A stretch of DNA of 64,000 nucleotides from Tubulanus polymorphus. Taxonomy: Eukaryota > Animalia > Nemertea. The stretch covers positions 9,885,222 through 9,949,221 of the forward strand of contig NC_134030.1 in NCBI RefSeq assembly GCF_964204645.1. Direction: 5' to 3'. Within the stretch, counting starts at the first letter, position 1, and the number at the start of each line of letters is the position of its first letter. The notes under the pieces were generated by a model. That model had not been told where the DNA came from and made no database searches. It saw only the letters and a list, made by a program, of their open reading frames with translations. This document shows positions 16,506 to 30,153 of this stretch, in pieces. Position numbers and translations under genes: made by a program.

Positions 16506-19500
16506 CATCATCATCATCATCATCATCATCAAATACGGTTGCGTAGGCTTTTGCCTTTAAACCGATTAAGACTACTTTGTTAGGGTGCGCGGTTTACAGG
16601 GTGTAGAGACGGTCCCTCTAGTGCCTGTCGAGACTCGACTTGAATGAGTCCATTGTGTCACTCATTACCACTTGACTTGGGAGACTATTCCAGGGTTCAA
16701 TAACTCTCTGGGTGAAACTGTTTTGTCTGATGGTTGTCTTGCATCTTGGTTTGGTAAGTTTAAGTGGGTGACCCCTCGAATGTCTGTCGGTTAGATTTGC
16801 GGTCAGTGGCAAGAGTCTCTCGACGTTAGCTGTCTTGTAATGGCCATGCAGATATGTATAAGTCTGGATCATGTCACCGCGAGCTCGGCGGTAATGTAAG
16901 GATGGGAGTTGAAGGTCCTTGAGGCGTTGTTCGTATGATTTGTCACGAAGACCTGGGACCAGTTTTGTTGCACGACGTTGTACGTGTTCCAAGCTATCGA
17001 TGTGTTTCCGGAGGTAGGGTGACCAGATGCTGGCGGCGTATTCAAGGTGCGGGCGAACAAGGCTTTTGTAGAGGATCTTAAAGGAGTCTTTGTCTAGGGC
17101 TGTGAAGGTTCTCCGAATTATAATCAACATACGTTGCTGTAGTGGTGACTTGTTGAATGTGGGTATCAAATGACAGTGATGGGTCCATGACAACTCCAAG
17201 GTCCTTTTCCTGGGTTGAGGTTTTGAGATGGTGAGATTTACCTTCACTGTCGATCATGGAGTATACATAGTCTGGATGGTTTTTGCCTATGCGAAGGACT
17301 TACATTTGTCAGGATGGAAGGACATCTGCCATTTCTTGGCCCACATGGATAGTTCTTTCAGATCATCATCTAGTATTTTACAGTCGTTGACGCTGTTTAC
17401 AGTACGGTAGATTTCGGTATCATCGGCGTATAGCTTGATAATGCTCTTGATCGAGTTAGGGAGGTCGTTGATGTATATTACGAAAATGATTGGGCCAAGA
17501 ACGCTTCCTTGAGGAATACCGCTAGTGACGTTCGCCCAGTCGGAAATTTCGTCGTTGATCTTAACACATTGCCGCCGATTGTAGAGGAAGTCACCTAGCT
17601 AGTTATTCAAATGGCCTTGAATGCCGTAGTTTCTAAGTTTGACAAGCAAACGCTGGTGGGGTACGGTGTCAAATGCTTTCTTAAAATCTAAAAATATTGC
17701 ATCAATGGGATTTTTGTCATCAAGAGCTGCGTGCCAGTCGTCGATTGTCTCGGTTAGCTGTGTAACAGTGGATCTACCTCCTACAAAGCCATGTTGGTCA
17801 TCTGATAGTAAGTTGTTGTTGTAGAGGTAAGACATAATTTGGTCGCGGACTATGCTTTCGAGAACTTTACATACAGAGGAGGTAAGGCTGATAGATCTAT
17901 AGTTTCCAGCATTGTATTTTGGTCCCTTCTTGTGGATTGGAGTGACAAGCATATTTCTCCATGCATCTGGGATTTTTTGAGTGTTGAGAGATTTTTTGAA
18001 GATAATCAACAGCGCTGGTGCAATCTCTTCGGCTGCTTCTTTCAATACTCGGGGAAAGATGTTATCCAGGCCATGCGATTTGTCGGGTTTGAGAGCTTTT
18101 AGCTTTTTGACAACCATTTCTAGGGTGATCTCGATGTTTGTTAAGGGTGGCCCAGAGTATTGGGGTTCCTCATCAGGGATGGTAGCCAAGTCCTCTGTGA
18201 TGAAGACGCTCGCAAAGTATTGGTTAAGCAGGGTAGCTTTCTGACGGTCGGAGCATGTGCGCTCGTTGGGACGTCCGGTTTCAAGATCTGGTATGATGGC
18301 TGTATTCTTAAGCTTGGAGTTGACATAATACCAGAAAGCCTTTGGGTTTGATCTCGCTTCGCGTGCGATTTTGTGTTCAATTGACTTAATTGCACTGCGG
18401 GTGGCCCATCTTGCTTGATTGCGGGCCCTGGTATATGCCGTGTAGTCAGATCCATCTTGAGTTTGTTGAAAGCGCTTGAGGGCATGGTGCTTTTTCTTTA
18501 CTTTCCGCAGCGTTTTTTCATCCATCCATATAGGCTTGTTTTTTCTCTTTAAGTTGAGGCTTCTTTTCGGGATGTTAGTGTTGACTACAGTGTCTAGTTT
18601 GCGTTGCAGTATTTCCATGCATTTATTCACTGAGTCATCGCTAAGTAAGTTGTTCCAGTCTTGGCTCAGTAACTCGCCTCGAAGGGAGTCGTAGTCACCG
18701 CGGTTTAGGTCGTATCTTTGTTTGTTCGTGTCGGATGCGGCTGTAATGGAACATTCGATGTCAAAGGTTAGAACGGTGTGGTGGCTTTCGCCGATAGGTG
18801 CAGATGATTCTATGTTAGTAACGTTGGTCATGTAGTCAGTCAGTATAAGGTCTAGAGTGTTAGGTTGTTGATTACTGCGGAAGTGAGTTGGTTCGGTTAC
18901 GTGCTGCTTGAGAGATCCTTCCCTGGTAGCATGCAGGAAATTTGCAGCTGGACTTTCATCATTGCAGGAGTAATTTTCGTCAGTCCAGTTGAGTTCTGGG
19001 TGGTTGAAATCACCACAAATCAGGAGTTTATGGTTATTCGATACTAGATCTACCAGCGCCTTGTTGAGTTGGATATCATTCGTTTCGGATTTTGATGGGC
19101 TACGATATATTGATCCAATTGTGAGGGTGCCGAATTTTGTTTTTACCTGAGCCCAAGCAGATTCGCGGAGTGAGTTTGTTATCTTTTCTGTAGCGGATGG
19201 AGTCAATAGCTGTTGGGTTTAGGCTTTTGTGAATGAAGAGGCAGGCTCCGCGATCAAAGTTGCCGTTATAGAGAATAACTGGTAGTTAGGGATGTTGAAT
19301 TCTGACTCTTGGTACGGTGCTTCATATTTCTTGGGGATAATCTCGGTGAGGGCGATGATGTCTGGCTCGCGCTGATTTATGAGGACTTGTAACTCTGCCA
19401 TCTTGTTAGTTAGGGTGTCGGTGTTGGTGTACAAGCCCTTGAAGTGTACCGGTATTTTTCTTTATAGTTGGGGCGGGGATTTCCGCTCCACGACTAGGTT

Positions 19501-19683
19501 GTCTCTGATTACCCATTGCTTCGGGTCTTGACCTGTAGCTGCGGCTTCCTGCCTTTTTGCCTTCAGCAGTTTTCTCAATATACCGGCCTCTTCTTTTTGC
19601 TGGAGGGAGTTCATGTCCCTCCTGACTGACAAGTTTTTTGAAATCGTGTTACTTGACGTTTGTAGTTTGTGCGCGTTGCGCAG
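16506..19683 (-). mobile_element. CR1-clade LINE, 5'-truncated and inactivated (copy 1)
   Basis: End of ORF1, then an APE endonuclease (DIIALTE, IYRSP, GDFNHP, LDLILT), RT (LDFKKAFDTVPH, GIPQGSVLGP, YADD) and the CR1 C-terminus LYKSLVRPHLEY..WSP / RGHPLKL / WNSLP. (ATG)n 3' tail. Frameshifts at ~19210 and ~17250, stop at 17599. GATTT flanks both ends (16501-16505, 19684-19688). Confidence 0.95.
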
Positions 19684-19864
19684 GATTTAATAAATAAATT
19701 CTGGTTTTTAAATTCTTTTAATCTGTAAATAGTGGGATCTTATCTTATTATCCGTTCACCACGTTTGAGTGTGATCATCGTTCTATTGATAATTGGGATT
19801 CGAACTCAATTACGTCAAACGGAGGAGCATTCTGCACGATACGAACTAACCAGCACTGATTTCA

Positions 19865-19875
19865 AAGATGGCGGC
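19865..19875 (+). promoter_or_regulatory. YY1-like motif AAGATGGCGGC overlapping the ZNF830 start codon (also 30151-30161)
   Basis: Matches the known YY1/Kozak-overlapping consensus; function not demonstrated. Confidence 0.4.
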
Positions 19876-22800
19876 CTCCATGAAAAAGTCGAAACAAAAA
19901 TCGAAAAAACCCTTGTCCAAAGATGATCTGAGGCGTCTCATGAAAGTACATCGCACTGAAATAACTAAAAAAGTAGAACATCCATGCGCCAAGTGAGTTT
20001 TGATCAGGAAATTTGATTCGTGATATATTTGGAAAGTGTTTATTTATTGGCAGATTGCATTTCTGGTTGTTTCAGTTTGTTTGTTTGTTCCCCTCTTCGG
20101 CCTCGGCTCCGTCCGGCCCTCGTATTCCTCTCTCGGTCTCTGACTCTGCATTTCTACATGTTCCAAATACATCAGGGTCTTGTTAAGGGCACATATTCAA
20201 GGAGTTTTATCTTTCGATTTTTGTGTTGTGATATTCTATAGTTTTAGTTTGATTTATTTTGCCATTTGATCGTGTTTCAGATATAATTCTTTAGATCAGC
20301 TTATATGCATAGTGTGCAACTCTCAAGTAAAAAATGAAAAACTCTGGAATGCCCATCTTATGGGCCGAACCCACAAGGAGGTATGATATATGTTCTACAT
20401 CATTAGTTTTTTCTTCTCAGTTTTTCTATCATTTGTTTATCGCAACTCTTGCTGATTCCAACCAGAGTCAGTTCAAATGTGCTCCAAATTTGGTATTATT
20501 ACCCCCAACCTATATATAATTCTATACCGTGTATCAGTCATCTAACCCTGGGGAGAAGTAACATCCAAGCAACTGCTTATATTAGTCATGGTTCTATAGT
20601 CAATCTAACACCTGGTAACCTAAGACAAGCTCATTTTGATTCTACAAGAGAATCAACTTAATTCAAATCATTTGAAACCAACGAAATACATTTGACCAGT
20701 TTTTTTTATAAATCTGGGTTAAATATCATATTTTACATGCATTTATTTGTAGATGGACTGAAAGTACATGTAAAGGCCTATAGGGTAATTCACTCTAAAA
20801 TGAACCAATTAGGCGTTCAGGAATCATTTATCTGGCCAGCTACCCATTTACTCCTGGGTGGAGAGAGGCAATGAGGATGTGTGTCTTACCTGGAGACACT
20901 ACTGGGGTTCAAACCCATGCATCTCGCATCCAAAAGTCAAATGCTCTAACCATTAGCCCACACCGCTCGCTCATATACATGTAGCCTATTAGATTGTCAA
21001 GCTCGCTGATGCCAGATAGTCATATTTTTAGGTTTTGGACCATTTTCTAAAATGGTCAAAAATTGAATTTGTTCCATATGTCTGACAGAAATTCCTGTTC
21101 CAAAAAGATCCGACTTAATTCGGATTACAAGAATATATCATATTACCTGTAAATTTAAAGAGTACAAATAAGAAAATTATACGTTTCCGTGTAAATCCTA
21201 TTTAGAATGTGGCAGAATTGAAACGACAAAAAGAACAGCCCACTCCGGAGTCACGACCCAGTCACAAACGACGCGTCAGTGATGATGGCAATGATGCAGT
21301 TACTAAGAAAACGAAACAGAATGCGGAAACAACGGAAAAGTAGGTGTAGTAAATATCATATGTTCAGGGCCCAGTTTCGAGAAGGTTTTTGGGCGAAAAT
21401 TTTTGATTTGATAGCTATGGGTTACTTCATGTTTTCAATGACTACAATTCATATTTTTTAAGCTTTAACTTTCTCATGAAACTGGACCAGAGGCTAGTGC
21501 TGGTGCTAGTGAACAAAGTTTTTCGAACGACTGACCCTTGTTAAAGAATTCTGTGCCCGGTTCAATTTTAGCCACTTAATTTGAAGCAACGTTGAGAAAC
21601 TGACACTGATCCAAATATTTGTTCTCTGGCTTCTGTTACGAGACCCTTATTTTCATACTGTCCGTCTGTGTGTCTGTCTTTCAGCTACTTAGCTTCGTTA
21701 ATAGTGGGTCGCTCTTGATGAAACTTGGTTACAATGTTAGTATGGGGGTCTAGTTGTGCCGTGCAAAGAATGGGCCCAGTGCGCCAGCTAGCAGCATAAC
21801 TAGGCACTAAAAACTTCAAAATTCATAAAGGTGTCACAAGAAGATATAGCTATTGGCACTAAGTAGATACAACATATCCAAAATGCAATGGGGACTAATG
21901 CATGGGATCGAATTTCAGGGTTTAACAGTTCTCGCCTATGGCTCGTTACTTCTAAACTGAAGTACATGTATATGGATAACAATTCAATCGCTTTTGTCGT
22001 AATAATTTATTTATTTCTTGTTTAACACAGAGCTGGAGGAATTGTCTCATTGGGAAGTTATGACTCCTCAGATAACGACGATGATAACGAAAATGAAAAA
22101 GATAAAGAAGACGAATCATCGCCGGCTAATAGTAACCAACTCAAAAATCAACTCCCTCCAGGTTTGTGGTTTGTAATTTTTTTCAAAACACAGCCCTCAC
22201 ATAGCCAAGTCGCCCTCATCGATTAAAGTGCCCATTAGAATTTTCAGCTCCCACCCCGTTGGAAGAATCCTAAATTCAACCAACAACAATAGAAATCAAT
22301 TTTATGATAATTTATTATGAAAACGTGCCCTTTGTCTCAGTCATTGCATTGTTGTTCATTTATTATAGATTTCTTCGATAAAGACGTTCAGCCCGGCTCA
22401 AGTGCTGAACAAGCAGTTGGAGATGAACTTCTGACGAAGTCTGCATCGATGGCCGACGCATTACCTGAAGGTTTCTTTGATAACCCTGTAGAAGATGCCA
22501 AGGTAAAGTTTAATCCATATCTCGATCTAAACTGGATATTACGGTATACATGAATTTAGAGTGAAGCCTATTGAAGTTGGATCTTTTTGAAACCGGAAGA
22601 TCCGACTTAGTGCTAAAATTCAACATTGGGATCATTCATTTATTACGTACGCCTAAAATTTGAATTTTTCAACCCCCCCTCCCCCTCTACGCAAAATCAG
22701 CCATTTTTTTCATATACATTAAGCATTGCAGTACGCAATTGCACTGACCCATCCCCCTCCCCTAATACGTACGTAATTAACCAATGACTCCATTGCAAAT

Positions 22801-24662
22801 ATAGAAAATGGTGCAACATATTCATTATGCCTTATGCGGACATTCGGCATAAGAATCTAAGCAGGCCGGAGTATATATGACGTATAAATGTAAAATGTGA
22901 ATTTCATTGATACCGAATGATCCTGATTCGGCCGCCGGTTGGCTGGATCATGTACATCGGTACTTAGTACCGGTAATCGCACATTGGTACCGCCGCGGAT
23001 AACTATGATTGTCATTTTTTCAATGCAGGTCCGTCAAGTGGAGTACAAAGACAAAATGGACGATGAATGGGAACTCTTTCAAAAGGCTATGAAAGAAGAA
23101 AAATTAGTAAGTTTCGCCTTTCGGTCTTCATCGTGAAGAATCTAATCAATTTCGAGTCTAACTGCTTTCCTACCTTATTCAGTGTCTATGATGGTTGATT
23201 ATTAGTAGATACGTATGAGTACTTTGTACCAAAACATAGCAGTAATGATTCACCAGAAACTATGGACGAATCCCTTTACTGATAAAAGTCTTTACAGTTC
23301 AACGCATCATTCAGGCTGTCAAGCCCAAGTGCCTAACTGAGATATAAAGTCGTGATTGATTGCCAATAAAATCCATCTCGCGATGTCTTGCATTTTACAG
23401 TAAACCTCGGACAAACTGGGACTGACAAAATTGGTCCGAGGTGAGGAAAGTTCGAGTTAAAGCTATAAAAAATAAGTTAGGAAATCACAAAATTGATTTG
23501 GTTTTTGTCCGAGTTAGTCGAAAGTTGGGGTTGGGCATGTAAGGCGAGATTTACTGTACGATGTATTAACTTATTGATGATTTCTATTCCCACGTGGTAC
23601 CATTTGTTGCGATATCGATTTGCTTTTTATTTCGCTGTCCGTTATTACGTAGGTGTCCGAGGCTATAATCGAGGATGAGGAGGAACACATTACTGAGGAG
23701 AGAAACATCGAGGAAATCGACGATCAAATGTAAGTACCCGGTACATTGAATCGATTGCAAATTGATGGATCTGATTTTTGCCTCGGTATGGTAAACTTTC
23801 TCCGAAGAGTTTTCAGGAACTCTCAGCAGGGATTCGAACCTGATGTCGTCGATCGACTCGGGCCACGGCACGAAACCCCATCAACACAATACCGGATGCG
23901 CAGTTTTACCGATGATGCAAATTTCACAGATTTCTCAATCGTTAATGTTTGGTATTGTAAAAATACCATAGTCGTAATACTGCTTTAATTTGTCACTATG
24001 CCAGCTATCCTCCGTGTTAACTTATACTTTTGGTGGACGTTGCTTCAAATCTATTGCTTCATCTCTGTGGATTCTCATTAGATTCAGAGATTCGAAAAAT
24101 TGACGATTTGAACACATTTAAACACAGTCTGAAACACCTGGGCCCAGTTTCACGAAAAAAGTGTACGCCTAAAACGGTTAAGTTTGATTTGTTGTCCTCA
24201 TTGAAAAAATGAAGTAGACCAATAGCAATTACGCACAAATTTTGGGTTTAAACTTTTTTGTGAAACGGGGCCTGCTTTTCTGCAAAGCGTATGGACTGTA
24301 GATGCAGCTTTCACTAATTTTAAAGTGCTGGTTGACATTTTTTTAAATAAAATAGGTAGGCGCTCTACAAATTTTCAGATTATTATTATGATTACTATGA
24401 ACTGAGCCAAGATGATTAAATCAGTGGAACAAGTGAAATTATTTTTTTTGCATATTTTACTCGAGCTAAAATAAAATACAATCTTGAAATTTGTTGCAGG
24501 CGTCGGTGGTCGAAAGTGCACGCTTTGGCCCAGAAGAAAGAGCAAATAATGCAGGAACATAATCTAAATTCGGCGAAGGGATCGGAAAGTGATAGTGACA
24601 TTGATGAACAGGCGTTCGATGAATTTCTCGACTGGCGGTCGAAGTCCGCGTGGAAATCGTAG
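19868..24662 (+). CDS. ZNF830: Zinc finger protein 830 (CCDC16), copy 1, 313 aa; exons 19868-19992, 20281-20380, 21206-21339, 22031-22161, 22369-22502, 23029-23106, 23653-23729, 24500-24662
   Basis: GT-AG introns with consistent phases (942 nt). Motifs DLRRLMK..VEHPCAKYNSLDQLICIVCNSQVKNEKLWNAHLMGRTHKE (zinc finger), LPEGFFDNPVEDAKVR, DEWELFQKAM and C-terminal FDEFLDWRSK. Confidence 0.92.
20838..20968 (-). mobile_element. tRNA-derived SINE fragment in ZNF830 intron 2 (duplicate at 31124-31254)
   Basis: The minus strand starts with a tRNA-like head (GGGCTAATGGTTAGAGCATTTGAC...GGGTTTGAACCCC) followed by a core-like GGTAAGACAC..GCCTCTCTCCACCCAGGAGTAAATGGGTA. Confidence 0.65.
22628..22792. mobile_element. 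PIF/Harbinger-like MITE (duplicate at 32914-33078)
   Basis: Imperfect TIRs GGGATCATTCATTTATTACGTACG / CGTACGTAATTAACCAATGACTCC with internal CCCCCCTCCCCC blocks. Confidence 0.6.
23398..23556. mobile_element. Tc1/mariner-pogo-like MITE with TA flanks (duplicate at 33684-33842; related ends at ~1348, ~11735 and 40950-41117)
   Basis: TA|CAGTAAACCTCG ... CGAGATTTACTG|TA. Confidence 0.65.
24141..24272. mobile_element. Harbinger-like MITE with GGCCC(A/C)GTTTC termini (duplicate at 34427-34558; relatives at ~4205-4367, 13193-13320, 21367-21489, 36909-37667, 50685-50792)
   Basis: GGCCCAGTTTCACGAAAAAAGT / ACTTTTTTGTGAAACGGGGCC inverted ends with CTG-like flanks. Confidence 0.65.
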
Positions 24663-25265
24663 CACACGGAATATTATGTTAACTGCCGAACAGTGTTGCT
24701 AAAAGACTTACGAAATGAGAATTTAAATAATATGCTAGCTGAATTCAGAATAATACTAGACGATTTACACAATACGCCAGATGTACGAATAAAACTGGTT
24801 ATGCTCTTATTCAGGATTGCATTAACCTGTCAGTGCTATTCTTATCAGATTAAGTGTAAATACTAGCAAGTGTTCCATATTGTTTTTGGAAAATGTGGAT
24901 GAGAATTGATGTGTAAGGAATAAATGCCAAGTTAAGAAAAGCCATTTCAGAATTTTTATGGAGCCAGATATTTTCGATATCGATTTAGACCGCGCCTGTT
25001 TTTCCTGCTGTATTTCAGTATTTTTTGATGTCTCGGATTATAGATGTGGTGGCCGGGAGACTGAAAATCAAGATCCAAATGTTCGATCCAGATTTGAATC
25101 CGATTCCGTGTTATACATCAGTATTTTTTTCTGATCCGATTCCGTCTGTTACGCAATACTCGTGGACCCGGAAATAAATGGTGGTGATGCAACTGTCAAA
25201 TAAATTACGAAACATCAAATAAGCATAGATTAGTGAAATAATTCTAAGGTTCGAAATCGAAAAAA

Positions 25266-25450
25266 GGGTAAGATTCAAGAATAGGGGACTAGTGGTTAGG
25301 TTTAGGGTTAGGTTTAGTTCCCTAATCATCATTAATTACTGTATACATTACTATCATTATATATCATCATTATCAATTACTAATATTATTACTTAATTGA
25401 TTACTATCACTACATATATATTGCTATAGTCCCCTATTCTTGAATCCCCC
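25266..25450. mobile_element. Small TIR element with TTAGGG-like motifs and an 8-9 bp TSD (duplicate at 35552-35736; one end also at ~10787-10841)
   Basis: GATTCAAGAATAGGGGACTA / TAGTCCCCTATTCTTGAATC; CGAAAAAA(G) on both flanks (25258, 25451). The element is absent from the paralogous site at ~49375. Confidence 0.8.
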
Positions 25451-25751
25451 CGAAAAAAGCGTGGGTATTAGATAATAAAACTAAAATCAGTTGACACTAA
25501 TGTCTATTTCAACTTGACTTGAGCACACTTGACTGTTGATAGCACATCAAGAGGCCTAGCTCGTCAGCATGGTCAGTTTTGCGGGGAGTTTTTTGATGTA
25601 CATAATTATTAATAAATTTTAATTAAAATTGTAGTAATAAGGTGGCGCCGCTATCGATCGGTGTCTGGGATTGATATAGTCAGTTACCTAATCGTTGGTG
25701 GTAAGCACAGGGTTAGATCAAAATCAGGATTCGATTAAATCAAATGTCGTA

Positions 25752-26570
25752 ATGTCCTATCCACCTCCACAAACTGGATATCCAGACTATCCAATTCCTG
25801 CTGGACAGCCTGGGTGCCCACCGCCGACTGGAGATCTGGGGTATCCATCATCTGGAGGACAGCCGGGATATCCACCACCACCGGGCGCGTCCCCGCCCAT
25901 GGAACCACCTCCAGCTGACACACCGCATGGCACACAAGCACCACTGCCTCAACGACAACAGCAAACTGTTGATGCGCCTCAACAGAAAAAATCAAAGGTG
26001 GGTCAAAACTAAAAGCCTTATAAAAGAACACTTTCAATAATTGTTTAACAAGTTGCTAATATTTTTGAATATATTTTGAGCAGTTGCTGTTTTACGTCAT
26101 TCCCACAAATGACAAATTTCAATAATTTCCCGAGTCATTTAGTGGAGCTGGCTCCAGTGTTCTCTCCTTGAGTTTATAGATGGGTTGCCACCCCCTTCAA
26201 TTTTACCACCCCTCTGAGAACCCATTACATCTTCTGCCCCTACCAGAGTGGTTAACAATATTCTATCAATGTTGATAATTGCTTTGAAAAATAGAAGATT
26301 ACATCAAAATTAGGCTTGCGACTTCAGCAGCCACAACTTTAGAATGCAGTCCATTTAGAACACCAGCACATGGCCTGAGAACACTGAGCCTAACTTGACC
26401 ATAAGATACCTTGCCATATTTTAATGACGTGTCAAAACTACACTAGATTTATAGAATTTTTTATACTTTTCTAGGGAGTCAGCAGATCGTTCGTGCATAA
26501 CTTCTCGCAGGCGATTGTTTCACTTGGAAACGATGTTGGAAAATGTTTTTCCCGTAATGGCCGCGTATTT
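25752..26570 (+). pseudogene. Truncated copy (coding exons 1-2 only: 25752-25997, 26475-26570) of the proline-rich/beta-trefoil gene
   Basis: Appears identical to 36038-36856 but is cut off by the duplication breakpoint at 26718. Confidence 0.85.
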
Positions 26571-26780
26571 GTAAGTTTCTGTGTCAGTTTTAAGAAGAGA
26601 TGGATATATTTTCATCATACCACGGCCGGTTTTATAGACCGATATTAACTTAATCCCGGAGGCAAACTCAATTTGAAATGAATCGATATTTAGGCCTTAT
26701 GTTGCGTAAAAATCGGTGGGAAACATTGGACCACGAAACTGGGAATCATTGGACCACAAATGGGAATAAGTGGACCATGG

Positions 26781-26781
<1 letters not shown>

Positions 26782-26824
<43 letters not shown>

Positions 26825-29800
26825 TACGGTTGCGTAGGCTTTTGCCTTTAAACCGATTAAGACTACTTTGTTAGGGTGCGCGGTTTACAGGGTGTAGAGA
26901 CGGTCCCTCTAGTGCCTGTCGAGACTCGACTTAAATGAGTCCATTGTGTCACTCATTACCACTTGACTTGGGAGACTATTCCAGGGTTCAAAAACTCTCT
27001 GGGTGAAACTGTTTTGTCTGATGGTTGTCTTGCATCTTGGTTTGGTAAGTTTAAGTGGGTGACCCCTCGAATGTCTGTCGGTTAGATTTGCGGTCAGTGG
27101 CAAGAGTCTCGTTAGCTGTCTTGTAATGGCCATGCAGATATGTATAAGTCTGGATCATGTCACCGCGAGCTCGGCGGTAATGTAAGGATGGGAGTTGAAG
27201 GTCCTTGAGGCGTTGTTCGTATGATTTGTCACGAAGACCTGGGACCAGTTTTGTTGCACGACGTTGTACGTGTTCCAAGCTATCGATGTGTTTCCGGAGG
27301 TAGGGTGACCAGATGCTGGCGGCGTATTCAAGGTGCGGGCGAACAAGGCTTTTGTAGAGGATCTTAAAGGAGTCTTTGTCTAGGGCTGTGAAGGTTCTCC
27401 GAATTATAATCAACATACGTTGCTGTAGTGGTGACTTGTTGAATGTGGGTATCAAATGACAGTGATGGGTCCATGACAACTCCAAGGTCCTTTTCCTGGG
27501 TTGAGGTTTTGAGATGGTGAGATTTACCTTCACTGTCGATCATGGAGTATACATAGTCTGGATGGTTTTTGCCTATGCGAAGGACTTACATTTGTCAGGA
27601 TGGAAGGACATCTGCCATTTCTTGGCCCACATGGATAGTTCTTTCAGATCATCATCTAGTATTTTACAGTCGTTGACGCTGTTTACAGTACGGTAGATTT
27701 CGGTATCATCGGCGTATAGCTTGATAATGCTCTTGATCGAGTTAGGGAGGTCGTTGATGTATATTACGAAAATGATTGGGCCAAGAACGCTTCCTTGAGG
27801 AATACCGCTAGTGACGTTCGCCCAGTCGGAAATTTCGTCGTTGATCTTAACACATTGCCGCCGATTGTAGAGGAAGTCACCTAGCTAGTTATTCAAATGG
27901 CCTTGAATGCCGTAGTTTCTAAGTTTGACAAGCAAACGCTGGTGGGGTACGGTGTCAAATGCTTTCTTAAAATCTAAAAATATTGCATCAATGGGATTTT
28001 TGTCATCAAGAGCTGCGTGCCAGTCGTCGATTGTCTCGGTTAGCTGTGTAACAGTGGATCTACCTCCTACAAAGCCATGTTGGTCATCTGATAGTAAGTT
28101 GTTGTTGTAGAGGTAAGACATAATTTGGTCGCGGACTATGCTTTCGAGAACTTTACATACAGAGGAGGTAAGGCTGATAGATCTATAGTTTCCAGCATTG
28201 TATTTTGGTCCCTTCTTGTGGATTGGAGTGACAAGCATATTTCTCCATGCATCTGGGATTTTTTGAGTGTTGAGAGATTTTTTGAAGATAATCAACAGCG
28301 CTGGTGCAATCTCTTCGGCTGCTTCTTTCAATACTCGGGGAAAGATGTTATCCAGGCCATGCGATTTGTCGGGTTTGAGAGCTTTTAGCTTTTTGACAAC
28401 CATTTCTAGGGTGATCTCGATGTTTGTTAAGGGTGGCCCAGAGTATTGGGGTTCCTCATCAGGGATGGTAGCCAAGTCCTCTGTGATGAAGACGCTCGCA
28501 AAGTATTGGTTAAGCAGGGTAGCTTTCTGACGGTCGGAGCATGTGCGCTCGTTGGGACGTCCGGTTTCAAGATCTGGTATGATGGCTGTATTCTTAAGCT
28601 TGGAGTTGACATAATACCAGAAAGCCTTTGGGTTTGATCTCGCTTCGCGTGCGATTTTGTGTTCAATTGACTTAATTGCACTGCGGGTGGCCCATCTTGC
28701 TTGATTGCGGGCCCTGGTATATGCCGTGTAGTCAGATCCATCTTGAGTTTGTTGAAAGCGCTTGAGGGCATGGTGCTTTTTCTTTACTTTCCGCAGCGTT
28801 TTTTCATCCATCCATATAGGCTTGTTTTTTCTCTTTAAGTTGAGGCTTCTTTTCGGGATGTTAGTGTTGACTACAGTGTCTAGTTTGCGTTGCAGTATTT
28901 CCATGCATTTATTCACTGAGTCATCGCTAAGTAAGTTGTTCCAGTCTTGGCTCAGTAACTCGCCTCGAAGGGAGTCGTAGTCACCGCGGTTTAGGTCGTA
29001 TCTTTGTTTGTTCGTGTCGGATGCGGCTGTAATGGAACATTCGATGTCAAAGGTTAGAACGGTGTGGTGGCTTTCGCCGATAGGTGCAGATGATTCTATG
29101 TTAGTAACGTTGGTCATGTAGTCAGTCAGTATAAGGTCTAGAGTGTTAGGTTGTTGATTACTGCGGAAGTGAGTTGGTTCGGTTACGTGCTGCTTGAGAG
29201 ATCCTTCCCTGGTAGCATGCAGGAAATTTGCAGCTGGACTTTCATCATTGCAGGAGTAATTTTCGTCAGTCCAGTTGAGTTCTGGGTGGTTGAAATCACC
29301 ACAAATCAGGAGTTTATGGTTATTCGATACTAGATCTACCAGCGCCTTGTTGAGTTGGATATCATTCGTTTCGGATTTTGATGGGCTACGATATATTGAT
29401 CCAATTGTGAGGGTGCCGAATTTTGTTTTTACCTGAGCCCAAGCAGATTCGCGGAGTGAGTTTGTTATCTTTTCTGTAGCGGATGGAGTCAATAGCTGTT
29501 GGGTTTAGGCTTTTGTGAATGAAGAGGCAGGCTCCGCGATCAAAGTTGCCGTTATAGAGAATAACTGGTAGTTAGGGATGTTGAATTCTGACTCTTGGTA
29601 CGGTGCTTCATATTTCTTGGGGATAATCTCGGTGAGGGCGATGATGTCTGGCTCGCGCTGATTTATGAGGACTTGTAACTCTGCCATCTTGTTAGTTAGG
29701 GTGTCGGTGTTGGTGTACAAGCCCTTGAAGTGTACCGGTATTTTTCTTTATAGTTGGGGCGGGGATTTCCGCTCCACGACTAGGTTGTCTCTGATTACCC

Positions 29801-29969
29801 ATTGCTTCGGGTCTTGACCTGTAGCTGCGGCTTCCTGCCTTTTTGCCTTCAGCAGTTTTCTCAATATACCGGCCTCTTCTTTTTGCTGGAGGGAGTTCAT
29901 GTCCCTCCTGACTGACAAGTTTTTTGAAATCGTGTTACTTGACGTTTGTAGTTTGTGCGCGTTGCGCAG
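26782..29969 (-). mobile_element. CR1-clade LINE, inactivated (copy 2)
   Basis: Same 5' truncation point and disablements as copy 1, plus a 5-bp deletion near 27110 and a longer (CAT)13 tail. Confidence 0.95.
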
Positions 29970-30153
29970 GATTTAATAAATAAATTCTGGTTTTTAAATT
30001 CTTTTAATCTGTAAATAGTGGGATCTTATCTTATTATCCGTTCACCACGTTTGAGTGTGATCATCGTTCTATTGATAATTGGGATTCGAACTCAATTACG
30101 TCAAACGGAGGAGCATTCTGCACGATACGAACTAACCAGCACTGATTTCAAAG

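Noticed and set aside
17599-19206. Active LINE ORF2
   Set aside because: 5'-truncated and broken by frameshifts and a stop before the YADD motif, in both copies.
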